DNA of 10,344 bases, taken from positions 1 through 10,344 of the forward strand of contig JBJKQR010000037.1 of assembly GCA_046735395.1 (NCBI GenBank), read 5' to 3'. This stretch comes from Fidelibacterota bacterium. Lineage in GTDB: Bacteria > Fidelibacterota > Fidelibacteria > Fidelibacterales > DSDE01. Under the pieces are notes generated by a model that was not told the origin of the DNA, made no database searches, and was given only the letters and a program-made list of their open reading frames with translations. Each line of letters begins with the position of its first letter. The stretch's first letter is position 1. Shown here one piece after another: positions 8,701 through 10,344 of the stretch. The translations under genes were made by a program, and so were the position numbers.

Positions 8701-10072
8701 TGCAAGTACGGGTTCCATCCGTCTGCGTCTCCGTTCTCTCGTCGAATCCATTCATCAGTCCCGGGAGGAACGCGAATCCCGGGTGACACGCGTTGTGCAG
8801 ACTCCGCGTTTCATGAATGAGGACCGGCAGCGCACCCTTCTCTTCCCCCATTTCTCACAGGATTATTCTCCATTCGTAAAAACCATATTCAACACGGCCG
8901 GTTATAAGGTTAATTTTCTGCCGCCCAGTGATACGGCATCGGTCCGGCTGGGCCTGAAATATTCCAATAATGAGGTCTGTTATCCGGCCACCGTGGTTAT
9001 CGGCGATGTATTGAAAGCTCTGGGCAGCGGCGACTATAAGCCGGATGAGGTCGCTATCGGTATCACCCAGACAGGAGGACAATGCCGGGCCACGAATTAC
9101 ATTGCCCTGCTGAGACAGGCCATCGTGGCGGCCGGCTATCCGGATGTTCCGGTGGTGGCAGCCGCCCTGGGCCAGGGCCCCATCAACGATCAGCCCGGTT
9201 TCGATATCAATGCGAGAAAAATCATTACACCGGCTCTGCTGTCGGTCATGTATATCGATGCCATTTCACAAATGTATTCCAGTGTGGCGCCCAGGGAATT
9301 GGTGAAGGGCAGCGCCCTGAGCCTGAAGCAGCGCTATATCCGGGACGTTCAGGCTTTGATCCCGGCCCCGGATAAATCCGCCGTTCTGAGGTTACTGCGT
9401 CAGGCTGTTGAGGATTTCAATGCGGTTCCCTGCCATGATCAGGCCATTCCGGTCGTGGGCATCGTCGGTGAGATTTTCCTGAAATACAATGAATTCAGCA
9501 ATGCGAATATCTTCGAATGGATGGTGGAACAGGGCGTGGAAGTGAAGCTTCCCCCCATGCTGGATTTTGTGCTGCAGTATTTCATCAATACGGAAGTTGA
9601 AAATCAGGAGCATCTGGCAGGTAACAGGATGACGATCGTGGTCAATAAGCTTCTGGAAAGACTCGTGGACCGGATGCATCGCCCGATTCGGGAAATCATG
9701 GATCAATTCCGCTTTGTCCACAGAGAATGGCCGATGCGGCAGAAAGCTAATGCGGCGTCAAAAATCCTCAGCCTGGCCAATAATTTCGGAGAAGGCTGGC
9801 TGATTCCGGCCGAAATCTCCGAATTTGCTGAACATGGAATTCATAACGTCGTCAGCCTCCAGCCCTTCGGCTGCATTGCCAATCACATTATTGCCAAGGG
9901 GATCGAAACCAGGATCAAACAGCGATATCCACGGATGAATCTCCTCTTTCTGGATTTCGATGCGGACGTGAGCCGTGTGAATATCCACAACCGGCTCTAC
10001 TTTATGATTAAAAATGCCAGGGATGAATTGAAGCGGGCTGACCACGAAGAGGCTGCTGAAAACTTGGCCTGA
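5771..10072 (+). CDS. Fused 2-hydroxyacyl-CoA dehydratase activator-related protein (CoA-substrate-specific enzyme activase; two BadF/BadG/BcrA/BcrD ASKHA ATPase domains, DUF2229-like region and dehydratase-like C-terminus), 1433 aa
   Basis: AGGA SD at 5762-5765. Domain 1 motifs: GLDIGSTTAK, DVGGEDAK, MNGSCAGGTGAF, ASRCGVF. Domain 2 motifs: GIDAGSTTTK, DIGGQDMK, INEACSSGCGSF, GTRCTVF. Linker CHGCTNSC...GNKCE. Downstream motifs IGIPR, DNICFPAK, FNCPIV, SFGCGPDA, NEVCYPA, GGQCRATNY, GEGWLIPAE, QPFGCIANH. Confidence 0.93.
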   Translation: MDNVIYNLGLDIGSTTAKAVILGHDEKPVWQDYRRHATAILPCVRSLMQNAIDKLGHFQYRLCVTGSAGMGLAEKFNLRFAQEVIVASQYIRRHFPLVNTLIDVGGEDAKMIFFNDERQPDIRMNGSCAGGTGAFIDQMATLLNLSIEELDALARTTDIIHPVASRCGVFAKTDVQNLISRKVPLPEISRSIFNAVSLQAINTLARGQKILSQIFFSGGPLSFIGSLRDRFIANIGIHPDQIVATGSGEYISALGAADEASTRSETLSTRRTPFLDPDESGQITLSSTRLEPLFRDPAHYTDWCDTRSLTKVERISLPEALNDDLFLGIDAGSTTTKVVVSDEADRIVFSEYIHNNGNTLQAVSGALSKVADLIDRQRPGARISQSAVTGYGEDLIRAAFNIDHGIVETSAHFYAARHCDPQVSFILDIGGQDMKAIFIKHGKITRIDINEACSSGCGSFIEGFAKSLDLSPLEFSSHACSASGPCDLGTRCTVFMNSKVKQSLRENASVGDIASGLAYSVIKNSLYKVLKLRNVDELGDHIVVQGGTFLNDSVFRAMEQVTGRPISRTDIPELMGAYGCALHAREHYQQRGSTTRFVGLDRHSAGNQYKIRTLTCHGCTNSCAISKFTFEGSRHFYTGNKCEKMFSNKGYQELPGSNLLETRYNLLFDRAKRTPEYPVARIGIPRILAMYEQFPFWHTLFTDCGIEVVLSDPSDQRLYELGTGAIMSDNICFPAKVAHGHMENLIARGIESIFYPLGIYERREQKEARNSFNCPIVSSYAEVLRGTLENSGRNEIQLDSPTVGFHDDKLLEKACRQYLKKYRIPARKITSAFRNALDEQARFSSAVETASQSVIHTSQSENRPMVVLAGHPYHNDPMIESNTSRMLSDLGVNVLTVDALTKLPTAGLDKFVAITQWTYPNRLLHAAQWVAEQKESDVHFVMLTSFGCGPDAFLIDEVKSHLEAAGKTFTLIKVDDIASTGSIRLRLRSLVESIHQSREERESRVTRVVQTPRFMNEDRQRTLLFPHFSQDYSPFVKTIFNTAGYKVNFLPPSDTASVRLGLKYSNNEVCYPATVVIGDVLKALGSGDYKPDEVAIGITQTGGQCRATNYIALLRQAIVAAGYPDVPVVAAALGQGPINDQPGFDINARKIITPALLSVMYIDAISQMYSSVAPRELVKGSALSLKQRYIRDVQALIPAPDKSAVLRLLRQAVEDFNAVPCHDQAIPVVGIVGEIFLKYNEFSNANIFEWMVEQGVEVKLPPMLDFVLQYFINTEVENQEHLAGNRMTIVVNKLLERLVDRMHRPIREIMDQFRFVHREWPMRQKANAASKILSLANNFGEGWLIPAEISEFAEHGIHNVVSLQPFGCIANHIIAKGIETRIKQRYPRMNLLFLDFDADVSRVNIHNRLYFMIKNARDELKRADHEEAAENLA

Positions 10073-10107
10073 CGAGTGACAAGACCCACCGATAAGCTCG
10101 GATATTC

Positions 10108-10307
10108 AGATTTATCCACGAATGCCACGAATGAACACGGATATCAAGATTTATCCACGAATTTCACGAATTGACACGAAAATTCCTGAAACACAGATCA
10201 TAATTCCGTTCAGGGCACAGATTTTCATTTCTTCACAACTTTACGATTCTGCCACTATACAACTTTACAAGATTGATTTATCCACGAATTTCACGAATTG
10301 ACACAAA
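10108..10307 (+). repeat. Three copies of the triple-CACGAA element with a degenerate 8-mer array between copies 2 and 3
   Basis: TTTATC-CACGAA-TGC-CACGAA-TGAA-CACGGA (10111-10141); TTTATC-CACGAA-TTT-CACGAA-TTGA-CACGAA (10150-10180); TTTATC-CACGAA-TTT-CACGAA-TTGA-CACAAA (10277-10307). 10148-10177 and 10275-10304 are identical over 30 bp. Confidence 0.92.
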
Positions 10308-10344
10308 TAAGTATAGGAAACACATTTTAATATATGAATCCGTT

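Noticed and set aside
5110..10045. Many antisense and alternative-frame ORFs within tetR and the activase gene
   Set aside because: They lie entirely within well-supported genes and show no protein-family features.
10073..10110. Intrinsic terminator after the activase gene
   Set aside because: Only a 4-bp stem (CCGA/TCGG) is present, with no U-run.
10108..10307. CRISPR array interpretation of the 30-bp repeats (also 4601-4915)
   Set aside because: Gaps between copies are irregular (a few bp, about 100 bp, or about 185 bp), the repeats are internally periodic and divergent, and no cas genes are present.

Overview
Bacterial chromosomal window with five genes in three units. (1) A short + strand secreted, beta-rich hypothetical protein (32-553). 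(2) A convergent - strand operon of two paralogous secreted DUF3857/transglutaminase-like proteins: the upstream one (4389-2440) has lost the catalytic Cys and His, and the downstream one (2438-581) keeps the Cys-His-Asp triad but is split by a +1 frameshift near 1176-1194. (3) A divergent + strand operon of a TetR/AcrR regulator (about 5107-5760) and a 1433-aa fused 2-hydroxyacyl-CoA dehydratase activator-type protein (5771-10072). The most unusual non-coding structure is a family of about 30-bp non-palindromic elements, each made of three CACGAA boxes at fixed 9- and 10-bp spacing. Seven complete copies lie in the same orientation in two clusters (4601-4915 and 10111-10307) that bracket the tetR-activase operon, interleaved with 8-mer tandem repeats. 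Also seen: three related 16-bp operator-like palindromes at the tetR promoter, and a 5' leader with two mutually exclusive stems ahead of the transglutaminase-like operon. No rRNA, tRNA, CRISPR array or transposase was recognised. Family assignments come from motif recognition, not database searches.
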